DNA from: an uncultured Acidobacteriota bacterium
GTDB taxonomy: Bacteria; Acidobacteriota; Vicinamibacteria; Fen-336
DNA: 64,000 nt
Direction of reading: 5' to 3'
NCBI GenBank assembly: GCA_963760685.1
Contig: CAVXEA010000002.1
Span: 1,674,251-1,738,250, forward strand
Part shown: positions 38,009 through 48,390 of the stretch, piece by piece
How the letters are laid out: every line of letters begins with the position of its first letter
How positions within the stretch are numbered: the stretch's first letter is position 1
The notes under the pieces: generated by a model
What the model saw: the letters and a program-made list of their open reading frames with translations, nothing else
What the model was told of the DNA's origin: nothing
Database searches by the model: none
Translations under genes and position numbers: made by a program

Positions 38009-38725
38009 ATGAGAACCAAGATCGTGATGCACGCGTTCGGGGCCATCCTGGCCGCCGCGCTCGCTACCGCCGACACGAGCGCGCAGGCGACACCGCCCGC
38101 GAACGACCTCGTGCGCAAGGCCGAGCTTCTCGCGGCCCGCCAGTCGTGGGCCTCGGCCGTCGACGCCTACCAGGCGGCGATCCGGGAGTCCCCCAAGGAC
38201 GCCGCGCTTCGGAATCGTCTGGGAATCTGCTATCAGAACGCGGGCGAGACCAAGCGGGCTCAAAAAGCCTACAAGGCTGCGATTCGCCTCCGTAACGACT
38301 ACGCGGAGGCCTGGAACAACCTGGGCACCCTCGAGCACGCGAAAGGGAATTACCCGGAGGCGATCGCCCATTACACGAAGGCGGCGGGATTCAAGCCCGA
38401 CAGCCCGGCCGCCTACCGGAATCTCGGCGCGGCCTGGGCAGCCCGCGGCGATCTCGCCAAGGCGTTTTGGGCATGGGGTGAGGCCTACCGGATCGATCCC
38501 GCCTTCCTGGACCACCCGGGGGTGGCCGTGGCCGCAGGCGGCCTCAGCCCTGCGCGGCAGTACTACCTCTACGCCAAGCTCTTCGCCGGGCGCGGTCAGA
38601 CCGAGGACGCGCTCGAATACCTCTCGAAGGCGCACGCACAGGGCTTCCACGACTTCGCGATCGTCGAGGGCGATCGGGATTTCGCGGGCCTCGTGGCCGA
38701 TCCGCGGTACGCCGCCCTCAAGTAG
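38009..38725 (+). CDS. Secreted TPR-repeat protein, paralog of the C-terminal half of the upstream TPR protein
   Basis: Signal peptide MRTKIVMHAFGAILAAALATA. RNRLGICYQNAGE..AEAWNNLGTLEHAKGNY.. parallels the upstream gene. A GGGAGGGAAG SD is present. Confidence 0.75.
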   Translation: MRTKIVMHAFGAILAAALATADTSAQATPPANDLVRKAELLAARQSWASAVDAYQAAIRESPKDAALRNRLGICYQNAGETKRAQKAYKAAIRLRNDYAEAWNNLGTLEHAKGNYPEAIAHYTKAAGFKPDSPAAYRNLGAAWAARGDLAKAFWAWGEAYRIDPAFLDHPGVAVAAGGLSPARQYYLYAKLFAGRGQTEDALEYLSKAHAQGFHDFAIVEGDRDFAGLVADPRYAALK

Positions 38726-38791
38726 AGCAGGTCGAGCCGACGGCGAGACGGGCGGGGGCCGTGAGGTTCCCGCCCGTCGGGGAGAGAACCC

Positions 38792-39745
38792 GTGAGCTTC
38801 AGATCGCGTTTGGGACTCGTGTGGGGGGGGCCGCAGGCGGTGGCCGTGGCGACGCTCGCCGCCGCCCTCACGGGCGGGTGCGGAGGCGGCGGGGATGGTG
38901 CCCCGACCGCGGTTTCGCGAACAGCAGTGGCCGAGGGGGAGGGCGTCCTCGGCGAGTGGGTGGCGTCGGGCGGGCTGGAGCGAAGCTACGCGCTGCACGT
39001 ACCGCCGGGCTGCAGCGGAGCGCGGCCGTGCCCCCTCATCGTCGCGTTTCACGGGGCCGGCGGCTCCGGGCGGTTTGCGGAAAACGTCGGGCTCTATCGA
39101 GCCGCGGATCGCGGCGGCTTCGTGGTGGCAGCACCCGATGGCGTGGGAGGTGACTGGGCCCTCGGATGCGGAGGGTGCACCCTGGCCGACCGATCGGGGA
39201 TCGACGACATTCGCATGACGGCCACGCTCGTCACCCACTTGCAGCAGCGGCTCCCCATCGACCCCACGCGCGTCTACGCGACGGGCCGATCGGACGGAGC
39301 CACCTTCACCTATCACCTCGCCTGCAGCTATCCGCTGGCGGGCGCCGCGGTGGTTGCCGGAATGCTGTTCGATCCCGGCGCCTGTCAGCCTTCACGACCC
39401 ATGCCCCTGATCGCCTTTCACGGACGCGCCGACGCCGTGGTTTCCTATGTCCAGGGCGCCCTTGCGGCGCAGAAGTGGGCGAGCCTCGACGGATGCGTCA
39501 CGGAGCCGATTCCCACCCCGCTGACCGACCGGGTGAGCGACGGGACCACGGTGACGCGTTACGACTTCCCGGACTGCCGCCAGGGCACGGAGGTGGCCTT
39601 CTTCGCCATCGACGGGGGTGGCCACAACTGGCCCGGATCGCCGACCGCGGAAACGGCGGGGCTGCAGACCCATGACATCGAAGCCAGCGAAGAGATCGTG
39701 GACTTCTTCGCCCGCCACCCGCCCGCGGTCGCGACCGGCGACTAG
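38792..39745 (+). CDS. Lipoprotein esterase of the PHB-depolymerase / feruloyl-esterase-like alpha/beta-hydrolase family
   Basis: Lipobox LAAALTGGC. ERSYALHVPPG...PLIVAFHGAGGSG is typical of the family. The nucleophile elbow is GRSDG. Confidence 0.75.
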   Translation: MSFRSRLGLVWGGPQAVAVATLAAALTGGCGGGGDGAPTAVSRTAVAEGEGVLGEWVASGGLERSYALHVPPGCSGARPCPLIVAFHGAGGSGRFAENVGLYRAADRGGFVVAAPDGVGGDWALGCGGCTLADRSGIDDIRMTATLVTHLQQRLPIDPTRVYATGRSDGATFTYHLACSYPLAGAAVVAGMLFDPGACQPSRPMPLIAFHGRADAVVSYVQGALAAQKWASLDGCVTEPIPTPLTDRVSDGTTVTRYDFPDCRQGTEVAFFAIDGGGHNWPGSPTAETAGLQTHDIEASEEIVDFFARHPPAVATGD

Positions 39746-41268
39746 GGGGCCGGGGGTACGACGAACGTGTTGAAGGAGTCGGCGGGCAGGGTGGCCGAGA
39801 CCACGCTTCCTCCCACACGCACCCGGAACGGCAGAGCCTCGCCCATGTCGTTCTGGGTCACCACCACCACGCTGCCGTCGGGGTTTCCAAAGGCCAGCAG
39901 GTTCTCGTAGCCGCTCCAGCCTTGGAGCGCCAGGCGACGTGCGCCAGGCTGCACGAAGCGGCTCACGTGCTTCAGCAGGTAGTACTCGTGGGTGTAGCGG
40001 TAGGTCTTCGCGGCCGCGTCGACGACGACGAGGGAGTTCTGGGTCCAGCCCCAGCGACTCCGACCGCCCTGCTCGAGAGCGATGTTCCAGTAGCAATAGG
40101 CGTTGACGCCGCCCTCGAAGAACTTCCTCATCAGGGTCCAGGCGTAGCGGCAATAGCGCCAATCGTTCGCCCCGTCCCCGCACTCCTGTTCGCTCTGGTA
40201 GAGCCGGAGCTCGGGGTGGTCTTCATGGAGCCGCGCGAGGGCGTGCTTGCCCGCCCATTGCAGCCCGATGCCCTTCACGTACCTACGGGTCTGCGCGTCG
40301 GCCAGCGTCGGCCCCAGCAGCGCGGGATCAGGTCGCTCCATCGTCCCCAGGAACACCTCCACCCCGAGTGGCTCCATCGCGGGGCCGAGGTGCCTGACGA
40401 ACCGAGCCAGGCCCTCGGGGCTCCAGCAGCAGCTCGGGAAGGGCTGATTGGAGTTGAACTCGTTCTGCGGCATCACCATCGCGATGTCGAGGCCCAGCTT
40501 CTTGTACTCCAGGACGAAGCGCGCGAAGTACCGCGCGTACCCGGCGAGATAGCGCTCCTCCTGGATGAACATGTCCTTGCCCTCGGTGCCGACCTGGTCG
40601 GGCCTGAGCCCGTTCGGGGGTTGGCCGGGGCGGGACGGGCTCGTGGCGTAGTGCCGGTTGTGCTTCATCCAGGTCGGGGGGCTCCAGGGCGAGGCCCACA
40701 GCGAGAGGCGCGGCTGGTGCGCCTTGGCCGCCCGGATGAAGGGCACGAGGGTCTCGAGGTCGTTGGCGATGCTGAAGTTGCGCAGCTCGAAGTCGTCGGG
40801 GGTCTCGTCGTAGGAGTACCAGTTGCGCGAGAAATCGTTCGCGCCGACCGGCATGCGGCAGATTCGGAAGCTCGCCCCCACCCCCGGCGCGAACAGCTCG
40901 CGCAGGACGGCGTCCCGGTCGGAGGGGGAGACCGCACCGAGCGCCACCCAGCCCAGCTCGTTGAAGCAGGCGCCGAAGCCCTCGACCGCCTGGAGCGGCC
41001 GGTCGAGCAGGACCTCGACGTGCCAGGGCTCCTGGAAAGACGGTTTGGACCTTGTGGCTCCAGGTTGCTCCTGCCAGGGCCGCTCCCGCGTGGTCGCGAT
41101 CCAGCCGATGGGGGCCGGCCCGGCGGTCTGTGCCGAGGCGCGCCCTGGAGACAGGGAAGCGGACGCCCACCCGGCGCCTGCTCCGACCGCGACCCTCTCG
41201 AGCATCTGCCTCCGGGTGATGGCGGCATTCCCGGTGGTCACCACCGGATCGGCATTCTCACGCGCCAT
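39742..41268 (-). CDS. TAT-exported glycoside hydrolase family 30 (glucosylceramidase / xylanase-like)
   Basis: ITRRQMLERVAVGAGAGWASA is a TAT signal. It is followed by the GH30 TIM barrel and beta-sandwich (..GFGACFNELGW.., ..WSPPTWMK.., ..MVMPQNEF..). An AAGGAGG SD precedes the ATG. Confidence 0.85.
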   Translation of the reverse strand: MARENADPVVTTGNAAITRRQMLERVAVGAGAGWASASLSPGRASAQTAGPAPIGWIATTRERPWQEQPGATRSKPSFQEPWHVEVLLDRPLQAVEGFGACFNELGWVALGAVSPSDRDAVLRELFAPGVGASFRICRMPVGANDFSRNWYSYDETPDDFELRNFSIANDLETLVPFIRAAKAHQPRLSLWASPWSPPTWMKHNRHYATSPSRPGQPPNGLRPDQVGTEGKDMFIQEERYLAGYARYFARFVLEYKKLGLDIAMVMPQNEFNSNQPFPSCCWSPEGLARFVRHLGPAMEPLGVEVFLGTMERPDPALLGPTLADAQTRRYVKGIGLQWAGKHALARLHEDHPELRLYQSEQECGDGANDWRYCRYAWTLMRKFFEGGVNAYCYWNIALEQGGRSRWGWTQNSLVVVDAAAKTYRYTHEYYLLKHVSRFVQPGARRLALQGWSGYENLLAFGNPDGSVVVVTQNDMGEALPFRVRVGGSVVSATLPADSFNTFVVPPAP

Positions 41269-41353
41269 GCGGTCCTCCTTCAGAAGGAGATCGGCGGGGA
41301 ATCATGGTCTTCGCTTCTCCGCCCTGCAACCCAGGGGCATCTATGATCACTCC

Positions 41354-41698
41354 ATGTACGAGCATCGTCGTGAGCCGCTCATCCCCCGGCGACGGTTTCT
41401 CGGCCGAATGGCGAAGCATGCCCTGGGAGCGCTGGCGCTCGGGGTCAGCACGCTCTGGGTCGGCATGGCGGGCTACCACTGGCTCGAAGGACTGTCCTGG
41501 ATCGACGCCTATCTGAACGCGGCCATGATCCTCGGGGGCATGGGGCCCGTGGCCGAGCTGCACACCACGCGCGGCAAGCTGTTTGCCGGCACCTACGCGC
41601 TCTACGCGGGGGTCGTGTTCCTCGTGGGTGTGGGCGTGGTCCTGGCCCCGGTGCTCCATCGCGCGATGCACCGGTTTCACCTCGATGGGAAGGCTTAG
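41354..41698 (+). CDS. Small 2-TM membrane protein, weakly ion-channel-pore-like (hypothetical)
   Basis: 114 aa. MAKHALGALALGVSTLWVGMAGYHWLEG(LSWIDAYLNAAMILGGMGP)VAE...LYAGVVFLVGVGVVLAPV reads as TM, re-entrant-like segment, TM. No canonical K+ selectivity filter is present. Confidence 0.45.
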   Translation: MYEHRREPLIPRRRFLGRMAKHALGALALGVSTLWVGMAGYHWLEGLSWIDAYLNAAMILGGMGPVAELHTTRGKLFAGTYALYAGVVFLVGVGVVLAPVLHRAMHRFHLDGKA

Positions 41699-41741
41699 AC
41701 CTTCCCATGGCCGCTGTGCCCAGCCCTGGCGAGGCCAGCCG

Positions 41742-42947
41742 CTAGAGGACGCCCTCTCTGGCGAGGCGGTCGATCTCTTCATGACCGAGACCCAGAAGAC
41801 CCCCCAACACTTCGGCGTTGTGGGCGCCGACGCTCGGGCCAGGCCAGTCGGTGCGGCCCGGCGTGTCCGTGAGCTTGGGGACGATGGCCGGAATCTTCAA
41901 GGGCCGGCCACCGACCTCCACCTCTTCGAGCATCTCGCGCGCCGCGTAGTGGGGGTCAAGGGCGATGTCCCTCGCGCTGTAGAGCGGGCCGACGGGGACG
42001 TCGGCTGCCGCCAGCCGCCGCATCACCTCCGCCGCGGGCAGGGTCGCGGTCCAGGCCGCGATGGCGCCGTCGACCTCGGCCTCGTGGGCTACGCGTCCCG
42101 TGTTGCTCGCGTACTTCGGGTCGCTGGCCATGTCCGGCCGGCCCGCGGCCTGCATGAGCCGCTTGTAGATCGAGTCCCCGTTGCCGCCGATGATGACGTA
42201 CTGGCCGTCCGCGCAGCGGTAGGTGTTGCTGGGCACGATGCCGTTCAGCTTCGAGCCCTCGCGCTCGCGCACGAGGCCCAGGCGGTCGTACTCGGGAACG
42301 ATGGCTTCCATCATGTTGAAGACCGATTCGTAGATCGCGACGTCCACGTCCTGACCGAAGCCCACCGGGCCGGTGGTCCCGCGGTCGCGATGGTAGAGCG
42401 CCATCATCACCCCGAGCGCGGCGTGGACCCCGGCCAGGCTGTCGCCCAGGCTCAGGTTGGGGCGGACGGGAGGACGCTCCGGGAAACCGGTGACGTACCG
42501 GAAGCCGCCGAAGCCTTCACACACCGATGCGTACCCCGGCTTCTGGGAGTACGGGCCGGTCTGGCCGTAGCCCGAGACGCGGACGTAGATCACGCGCGGG
42601 TTCTTCTCACGGATGGCCTCCGGCCCGAGCCCCCAGCGCTCGAGCGTCCCCGGCCGGAAGCTCTCGAGCACCACGTCGCTCTTCAGGGCCAGGCGGCGAA
42701 CGAGCGCGCGGCCCTCTTCCTTGCGCAGGTCGATCGAGACGCACTTCTTGTTGCGCCCCAGGCTGTGCCACCAGAGCGAGACGCCGTCTTCCATGCCGCG
42801 CCAGGTCCGCACCGGATCACCGGCGCCCGGCGGCTCGACCTTGATGACCTCGGCCCCGAAGTAGCCGAGGATGGTGCCCGCGAACGGGCCGGCAATGAGC
42901 TGACCCAGCTCGAGCACCCGGATCCCGTCGAGCGGTCGGGGGGGCAT
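41742..42947 (-). CDS. CoA-transferase family III (CaiB/BaiF-like)
   Basis: MPPRPLDGIRVLELGQLIAGPFAGTILGYFGAEVIKVEPP is the family N-terminal signature. Confidence 0.85.
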   Translation of the reverse strand: MPPRPLDGIRVLELGQLIAGPFAGTILGYFGAEVIKVEPPGAGDPVRTWRGMEDGVSLWWHSLGRNKKCVSIDLRKEEGRALVRRLALKSDVVLESFRPGTLERWGLGPEAIREKNPRVIYVRVSGYGQTGPYSQKPGYASVCEGFGGFRYVTGFPERPPVRPNLSLGDSLAGVHAALGVMMALYHRDRGTTGPVGFGQDVDVAIYESVFNMMEAIVPEYDRLGLVREREGSKLNGIVPSNTYRCADGQYVIIGGNGDSIYKRLMQAAGRPDMASDPKYASNTGRVAHEAEVDGAIAAWTATLPAAEVMRRLAAADVPVGPLYSARDIALDPHYAAREMLEEVEVGGRPLKIPAIVPKLTDTPGRTDWPGPSVGAHNAEVLGGLLGLGHEEIDRLAREGVL

Positions 42948-42957
42948 GCGGCGCGGG

Positions 42958-43653
42958 CTACGCGGTCTCCATCTCGCGCACGATGGCGGCCGCGGCCGCG
43001 GGTGGGTCCGCGGCTTCCGTGATGGGCCGCCCCACGACGAGGTAGTCGGCGCCGGCGGCGAGCGCCGCCGCCGGAGTGGCGGCTCGCGCCTGATCGCCCC
43101 GCTTGGCTCCCGTGGGGCGAATGCCCGGGGTCACGATCAGGAAGTCGGGGCCGCAGGCTTCGCGGATCAGGGCCACCTCGTGGGGCGAGGCCACGACCCC
43201 GTCCACACCGGCCGAGCGGGCGAGGCGGGCGAGGCTGCCCACCGAGCCTTGGACGGTTCCCGGGACGCCGATCTCGCCCAGGGTGTTCTCGTCATGGCTC
43301 GTCAGGATGGTGATGGCGAGGAGTCGCGCGCCCATCGCGGGGAGGGCGGCCACGCCGGCTTCGAGCATGGCCTTGCCCCCGAGAGCGTGCACGTCCACGA
43401 GCGAGACCCCGAGCCGGGCCGCCTCGCCCACCGCGTTGGCCACGGTGTTCGGGATGTCGTGATACTTGAGGTCCAGGAAGACCTTCTCCTTGCGGGCCAC
43501 CAGCTCGCGCACGAAGTCGGGCCCCGCGGCCGTGAAGAGCTGGCTGCCGACCTTGAACATGCCGACGGCGCCCTGGAGACGCTCCACCAGCGCCCTGGCT
43601 TCGGCGGCGGTCGACACGTCGAGAGCCACGATCAAGCGATCCCTGGCGTTCAC
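42958..43653 (-). CDS. pyrF: Orotidine-5'-phosphate decarboxylase
   Basis: [13 protein letters not shown]...[17 protein letters not shown] with active-site motifs. An AAGGAGG SD lies 7 nt upstream of the GTG start. GTGA overlap with the pyrD stop. Confidence 0.85.
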   Translation of the reverse strand: MNARDRLIVALDVSTAAEARALVERLQGAVGMFKVGSQLFTAAGPDFVRELVARKEKVFLDLKYHDIPNTVANAVGEAARLGVSLVDVHALGGKAMLEAGVAALPAMGARLLAITILTSHDENTLGEIGVPGTVQGSVGSLARLARSAGVDGVVASPHEVALIREACGPDFLIVTPGIRPTGAKRGDQARAATPAAALAAGADYLVVGRPITEAADPPAAAAAIVREMETA

Positions 43654-44590
43654 GGGGCCACCTCCTTGGGCGACGGTCGTCCCGGGAACTCGAGCGTCCC
43701 CACGACGTCGTTGATGTCGTTGAGCGCGTGCCGATCGAGGTACTCGCGCAGCTCCGCGAGGACACGCTCGTAGAGGCCCGGGTCCACGAAGTTCGCGGTG
43801 CCGATCTGGACCGCACGACAGCCCGCGATCAGGAACTCGAGCGCGTCGCGGCCGCAGGTGATCCCGCCGATGCCCATGACCGGGATCTTCACCGCCTGGG
43901 CGGCCTGCCAGGCCATCCGCACGGCCACCGGCCGGATGGCGGGGCCCGAGAGACCGCCGGTGCCGAAAGCGAGCCGCGGCTTCCTGGTCTCGACGTCGAT
44001 CACGAGGCCGAGCAGGGTGTTGATGCAGGAGACCGCATCCGCGCCCGACTCTTCGCAGACCCGGCGAACACCGTGATGTCGGCAACGTTCGGGGACAGCT
44101 TGGGAATGACGGGAAGGCGTGTCGCCTTGCGCACCGCGGTCACGACCTCGGCCGTCATGCGGGGATCGCCGCCGAAGGCCATGCCCCCCTTCTTGACGTT
44201 GGGGCAGGAGATGTTGATCTCGACCGCGGCCACCCCCGGCGCGCCGTCCACGATGCGCGTGACCTCGGCGTATTCCTCGACCGTGTCCCCGCAGACGTTC
44301 ACGAGCACCGCGGTGTCGTAGGGTGCGAGGCGGGGGAGCACGTCCTTGACGAACGCGCGCACCCCGACGCCCTGGAGGCCGATGGCGTTCAGCAGGCCCG
44401 ACGGCGTCTCGACGATCCGCGGAGTCGGGCAGCCGTCGCGCGGCTCGAGGTAGAGGCCCTTCGACACGAGCCCGCCGAGCATCGACAGGTCGATGAGGCC
44501 CTCGTACTCGACCCCGTAGCCGAACGTGCCCGAGGCCGCGACGAGCGGGTTCTTGAGGCGCAGGCCCCCGACCTCGACCGCGAGGTTCAC
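43650..44590 (-). CDS. pyrD: Dihydroorotate dehydrogenase catalytic subunit (class 1B-type); 1-nt frame break near 44040 at a ccggg run
   Basis: The N-terminal two thirds are in ORF 44000..45154 ([39 protein letters not shown]). The C-terminal third is in ORF 43650..44003 (..[27 protein letters not shown]..). The frame-corrected junction reads ..[20 protein letters not shown]... GTGA overlap with the pyrK stop. Confidence 0.8.
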
Positions 44591-45426
44591 GCCTCGACCT
44601 TGGCGAGCCGGCGCGCCCGCGATTCCGCGTCTCCCGGCCACACCACGCGGGCCGCGTCGAAGACCGGCCCCTCGGTGCAGGCGCAGCGGTACTTCGGCCG
44701 CGGCTCGTCCCGTCCCTGGGTGAACACCACGCAGCCGAGGCAGGTGCCGACTCCGCAGCCCATCCAGGGATCGAGGCTCACCTCGGCCTCGATCCCGCGG
44801 GCCTCGGCGACGCGCGCCACGGCGTGCAGCATCGCGTCGGGGCCGCAGGCGTAGAGCCGCACCGGTCCTGGCCTCTCGGCGAGGAACGCCTCGAGGGGCA
44901 CGGTCACACGCCCGCGCTGACCCAGGCTGCCGTCCTCGGTGGCCGCGACCAGGGGGACGAGGCCGGTGAAGCGCTCGCGAAGCTGGAGGTCGCCTTCCCC
45001 GCGGCCTCCGTAGAAGACCCGGCCTTCGCGACCGGCGGCCCTCAGCTCCTGGGAGAGCAGAAAGAAGGGAGCGATGCCGTAGCCGCCCGCGACCATGAGC
45101 GCCTCGGTCCCGGCGGCCGGCATCGTGAAGGGACGCCCGAGCGGGCCCAGGCACTGCGCCACTTCGCCCGGAACCAGGCGCGCCAGCGCGCGGGTCCCTT
45201 CTCCCACCGCCTTGATGAAGAGCGAGAACGTCTCCTCGCGCGGGTCGAGGGACAGGATGGAGAACGGCCGCCTCAAGGGAGGCTCGGCGGAGATGCCGGC
45301 CTTGATCATCACGAACTGTCCGGCCCGCGCGGAAGCGGCGATCTCGGGATGCCGGAAGGTGAGGACGAAGTAGGCCCCGTCGAGCGGCTCTCGTGCGACG
45401 AGCGTCGCGCGACGGTTTGCAGGCAT
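44587..45426 (-). CDS. pyrK: Dihydroorotate dehydrogenase electron-transfer subunit (FAD/NAD-binding, 2Fe-2S)
   Basis: 279 aa: MPANRRATLVAREPLDGAYFVLTF..RRPFSI..MVAGGYGIAPF.. with C-terminal cluster Cys CGVGTCLGC..C.C. Confidence 0.8.
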   Translation of the reverse strand: MPANRRATLVAREPLDGAYFVLTFRHPEIAASARAGQFVMIKAGISAEPPLRRPFSILSLDPREETFSLFIKAVGEGTRALARLVPGEVAQCLGPLGRPFTMPAAGTEALMVAGGYGIAPFFLLSQELRAAGREGRVFYGGRGEGDLQLRERFTGLVPLVAATEDGSLGQRGRVTVPLEAFLAERPGPVRLYACGPDAMLHAVARVAEARGIEAEVSLDPWMGCGVGTCLGCVVFTQGRDEPRPKYRCACTEGPVFDAARVVWPGDAESRARRLAKVEA

Positions 45427-45483
45427 CAACAAGGAATCATACCCGATATAATCGCGCTCTCGCGTCCCGAGGGACGCCTGCCC

Positions 45484-47311
45484 ATGCTTCGCAAGACCCT
45501 CGCCAGCGCGGCGCTGGCTGCAGCCGTGCTGGCCGCGGATCTCGTCGTGCTCGTCCTCTTCCTGAACCCCACGGTCGAGGCGTGGCGGGAGGCGCCCGTC
45601 GCTCTTCGTGTCCCTCTTCCTCCCCGGCGTAGTCGGGGGGACCGGGGTGCTCATGTTGGTGGCCTCGCTCGGGGCCCTGATCCGTTTCTGGCCACGGGCG
45701 ACGCGCCCGCCCCTCGCGGGGCATCCCTGGTTCACCACCCTGATGCTCGCCTCGACGGCGGCGGCGGCCGGGCTCTATTGGCTGAACCTGTTCAGCTATC
45801 GCCACTCGATACCGGTCGAGTCCCTCCGCGGCCTGTTGCCTCCGCGATCGTGATCTCGGGCGCGGCCCTCGTTCTCTTCGCGGTGGGCCTCGACTCGATG
45901 CTCTTCCCCCTTCGCGGCCGCGCCATCTCGGCGGTGCTCGTGGTGTTGGCGCCCGCAGCCGCGGTCGCCTTGCCCCTGGCCCTGCGCCCCGTGCCTGCGC
46001 GGCCCCCGCGCCCGGTGCCCGTGTTCGCCGAGACCGTCGACCCCCATACGGAAGATCACCCTCATCGGGGTCGACGGTCTCGGTCCGCGCCAGGTGGTCG
46101 ACGCCGCCACGGACGACGCGGTGCCGGCTTTCGCTCGCGGGCAGAAGCGGGGCGCCTTCGGGCCTCTGGCTACTCTGCGGCCCACCGAGGGACCGCCGAT
46201 CTGGACCACGATCTTCACCGGCCGGCTCCCCCGGGACCACGGGGTGAAGAGCTTCGCGACCTACAGGCTGCTCGGTTCCAAGACCGTCTACGACCTCCTG
46301 CCCAAGGGGGCTTTCGTGAGCCTGCTCGAGCGGAGCGGCCTCGTCGTCACCGCACCCGTGACCTCCGCCGCCCGTCGTTGCCGCTCCCTCGCCGATGCGC
46401 TCGACGCGTTCGGGGTCCCGACCGGGCTCGTGCGCATCTGGGGCACGCATCCCGCCGAGCGTCGACGGGGCTTCGTCCTCTCGCCCTACTTCCACGTTCT
46501 CGCCCAGGGCCCTCGCGCGGCCGAGGCGCTCTCACCACCGGATCTGCTCGGGGAAGCCAAGGCCCGGGTCGTGCGCGCCGCCGACATCGATCCGGCCCTG
46601 GTCGCCGAGTTCGTCGAGCCCCGGTCGGGGGGCGCTCCCGAGCCGGCGCGATTGCGCAGCGACCTCCTGGATCGGGCCCTCGCTCCGGACCTGACCTATC
46701 GGCGTGCGGGAGAGCTCCTGCGGTCGACCTACGATCCGCCGTTCTTCGCCACCTACGTCTACGGCCTCGACGTGGTGGGGCACTCGTTTCTCCGGTTCGC
46801 CCGCCCCGACCGCTTCGGCGACGTGTCCGCGACGGAGGCACGCCGTTACGGACGCGTCCTCGATCGCTACATGGCACTCGTCGGCCAATGGATCGGCGAA
46901 GCGATGCAGGCTCAGAAGCCCGGAGAAGTCCTGCTCGTGGTGTCCGCCTACGGCATGGAGCCGGTGCCTTTGTGGCGTCGGGCGCTGGCGGGACTCCTCG
47001 GTGACCGGCAGACGAGCGGCACCCACGCCGCCGCTCCCGAGGGTTTCCTCATGGCGGTGGGCGACGGCATTCGCCCCGGGGTGGTGCTGCGGGGCGCCTC
47101 GGTCCTGGACATAGCGCCCACGATCCTCTACCTTTCCGGTCTCCCGGTGGCCCGGGACATGGAGGGACGGGTGCTCACGGAGATGCTGGAGGACGATTTC
47201 GCGCGGGCGCACCCCGTCACCTTCATCCCGAGCTACGAGAGCCTCGACGTGGCACCGCCGAGGGCGGCCGGGCCCCTCCCCGCCCTGGACGAAGAAGGGG
47301 AGAGCCCGTGA
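45484..47311 (+). CDS. Membrane-anchored alkaline-phosphatase-superfamily protein (type I phosphodiesterase / nucleotide pyrophosphatase-like); at least 3 frame breaks (about 45600, 45840, 46080)
   Basis: N-terminal TM segments MLRKTLASAALAAAVLAADLVVLVLFL... continue in ORF 45608..45853 (..GVLMLVASLGALIRFW..). The catalytic domain KITLIGVDGLGPRQVVDAATDDAVPAF...VVSAYGMEP...ILYLSGLPV is in ORF 46094..47311. Confidence 0.65.
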
Positions 47312-48005
47312 GGCGTCTCGTCCTCTTCGACATCGACGGCACCCTGCTCTCGGCCGGGAGGAGTCTCCTCGCTCGCCATGGTGGACGCGCTTGTCGCGGG
47401 GTTCGGGACCGCCGGGAGCGCCGACGAGTACGACTACTCCGGCAAGACCGACCCCCAGATCGTGCGCGACCTCATGCGGGGAGCGGGCATCTCGGACGAG
47501 CGGATCGACGCGGGCATGACCGCGGTCCTGGAAGACTACCGCGGTCGCCTCCATGCCCGTCTTCGGCCCGAGCACGTCCGCGCCAAGCCCGGGGTCGAAG
47601 CGGTGGTGGACGCCCTGGCGGCGGACCCCCGCGTGACCCTGGCCCTGCTCACCGGCAACATCGAGCCCTGCGCCCGAGCCAAGCTCGAGCCCCTCGGCCT
47701 CAACCGCCACTTCCCCTTCGGGGCCTACGGGTCCGATCACGAGGACCGTTATCGTCTGCCCGAGGTGGCGGTCGCTCGCGCCACGGCCCACACCGGCGCC
47801 ACCTTTTCCGGTGAAGAGGTGGTCATCGTCGGCGACTCGATCCACGACGTGCTCTGCGGCAGGAGCCTCGGGGTGCGCGCGGTGGCGGTGGCCACCGGCC
47901 GCACGTCCCGCGAGCGGCTCGCGGTCGAGCGGCCCGCACGCGCTTCTCGACGATCTGAGCGACACCGCCCTTGCCCTCGATCAGATCCTGGGCGCACCTC
48001 GCTGA
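47308..48005 (+). CDS. HAD-superfamily hydrolase (phosphoglycolate-phosphatase-like); two frame breaks (about 47370, 47940)
   Basis: Motif I VLFDIDGTLL is in ORF 47308... Motif III/IV EVVIVGDSIHDVLCGRSLG is in ORF 47378... The tail ..LLDDLSDTALALDQILGAPR* is in ORF 47811..48005. GTGA overlap with the upstream stop, and a GGGGAG SD. Confidence 0.65.
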
Positions 48006-48020
48006 CTCCGGCTGACTCCG
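48001..48020 (+). repeat. Perfect 10-bp tandem duplication gctgactccg x2 (plus partial third) overlapping the HAD gene stop codon
   Basis: gctgactccggctgactccggcttg. The TGA at 48003-48005 is inside the first unit. Confidence 0.7.
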
Positions 48021-48024
48021 GCTT

Positions 48025-48390
48025 GTGGGGCGCCCCGCGAAGAAGTACGATCCCCGCGCCTTGGCTAGCGTCGATGATTTCCTGAGCCTCGATGTGCGGG
48101 TCGGGACCATCGTTTCCGCGGAGCCCCTCGCCGGCGCGCGCAAGCCCGCCCTCGCCCTCCGTATCCACTTCGGCGACCTCGGCACCCTCGTCTCGACGGC
48201 CCAGATCACCGACCTCTACGAAGCGGAGGAGCTGGTCGGCCTCCAGGTGGTGGCGATCGTCAACTTCCCGTCCAAGCGGGTCGCGGGTGTCGATTCGGAG
48301 GTGCTGGTGCTCGCGGCCGACAACGGCCACGGTGAGAATGCCATCGTGATCCCCGAGCGACCCGTCCCGGACGGGGCCAAGGTGCGCTGA
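48025..48390 (+). CDS. CsaA/EMAP-type tRNA-binding domain protein
   Basis: [16 protein letters not shown]...[47 protein letters not shown] is the OB-fold tRNA-binding domain. The stop overlaps the pyrR ATG (TGATG). Confidence 0.8.
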   Translation: MGRPAKKYDPRALASVDDFLSLDVRVGTIVSAEPLAGARKPALALRIHFGDLGTLVSTAQITDLYEAEELVGLQVVAIVNFPSKRVAGVDSEVLVLAADNGHGENAIVIPERPVPDGAKVR

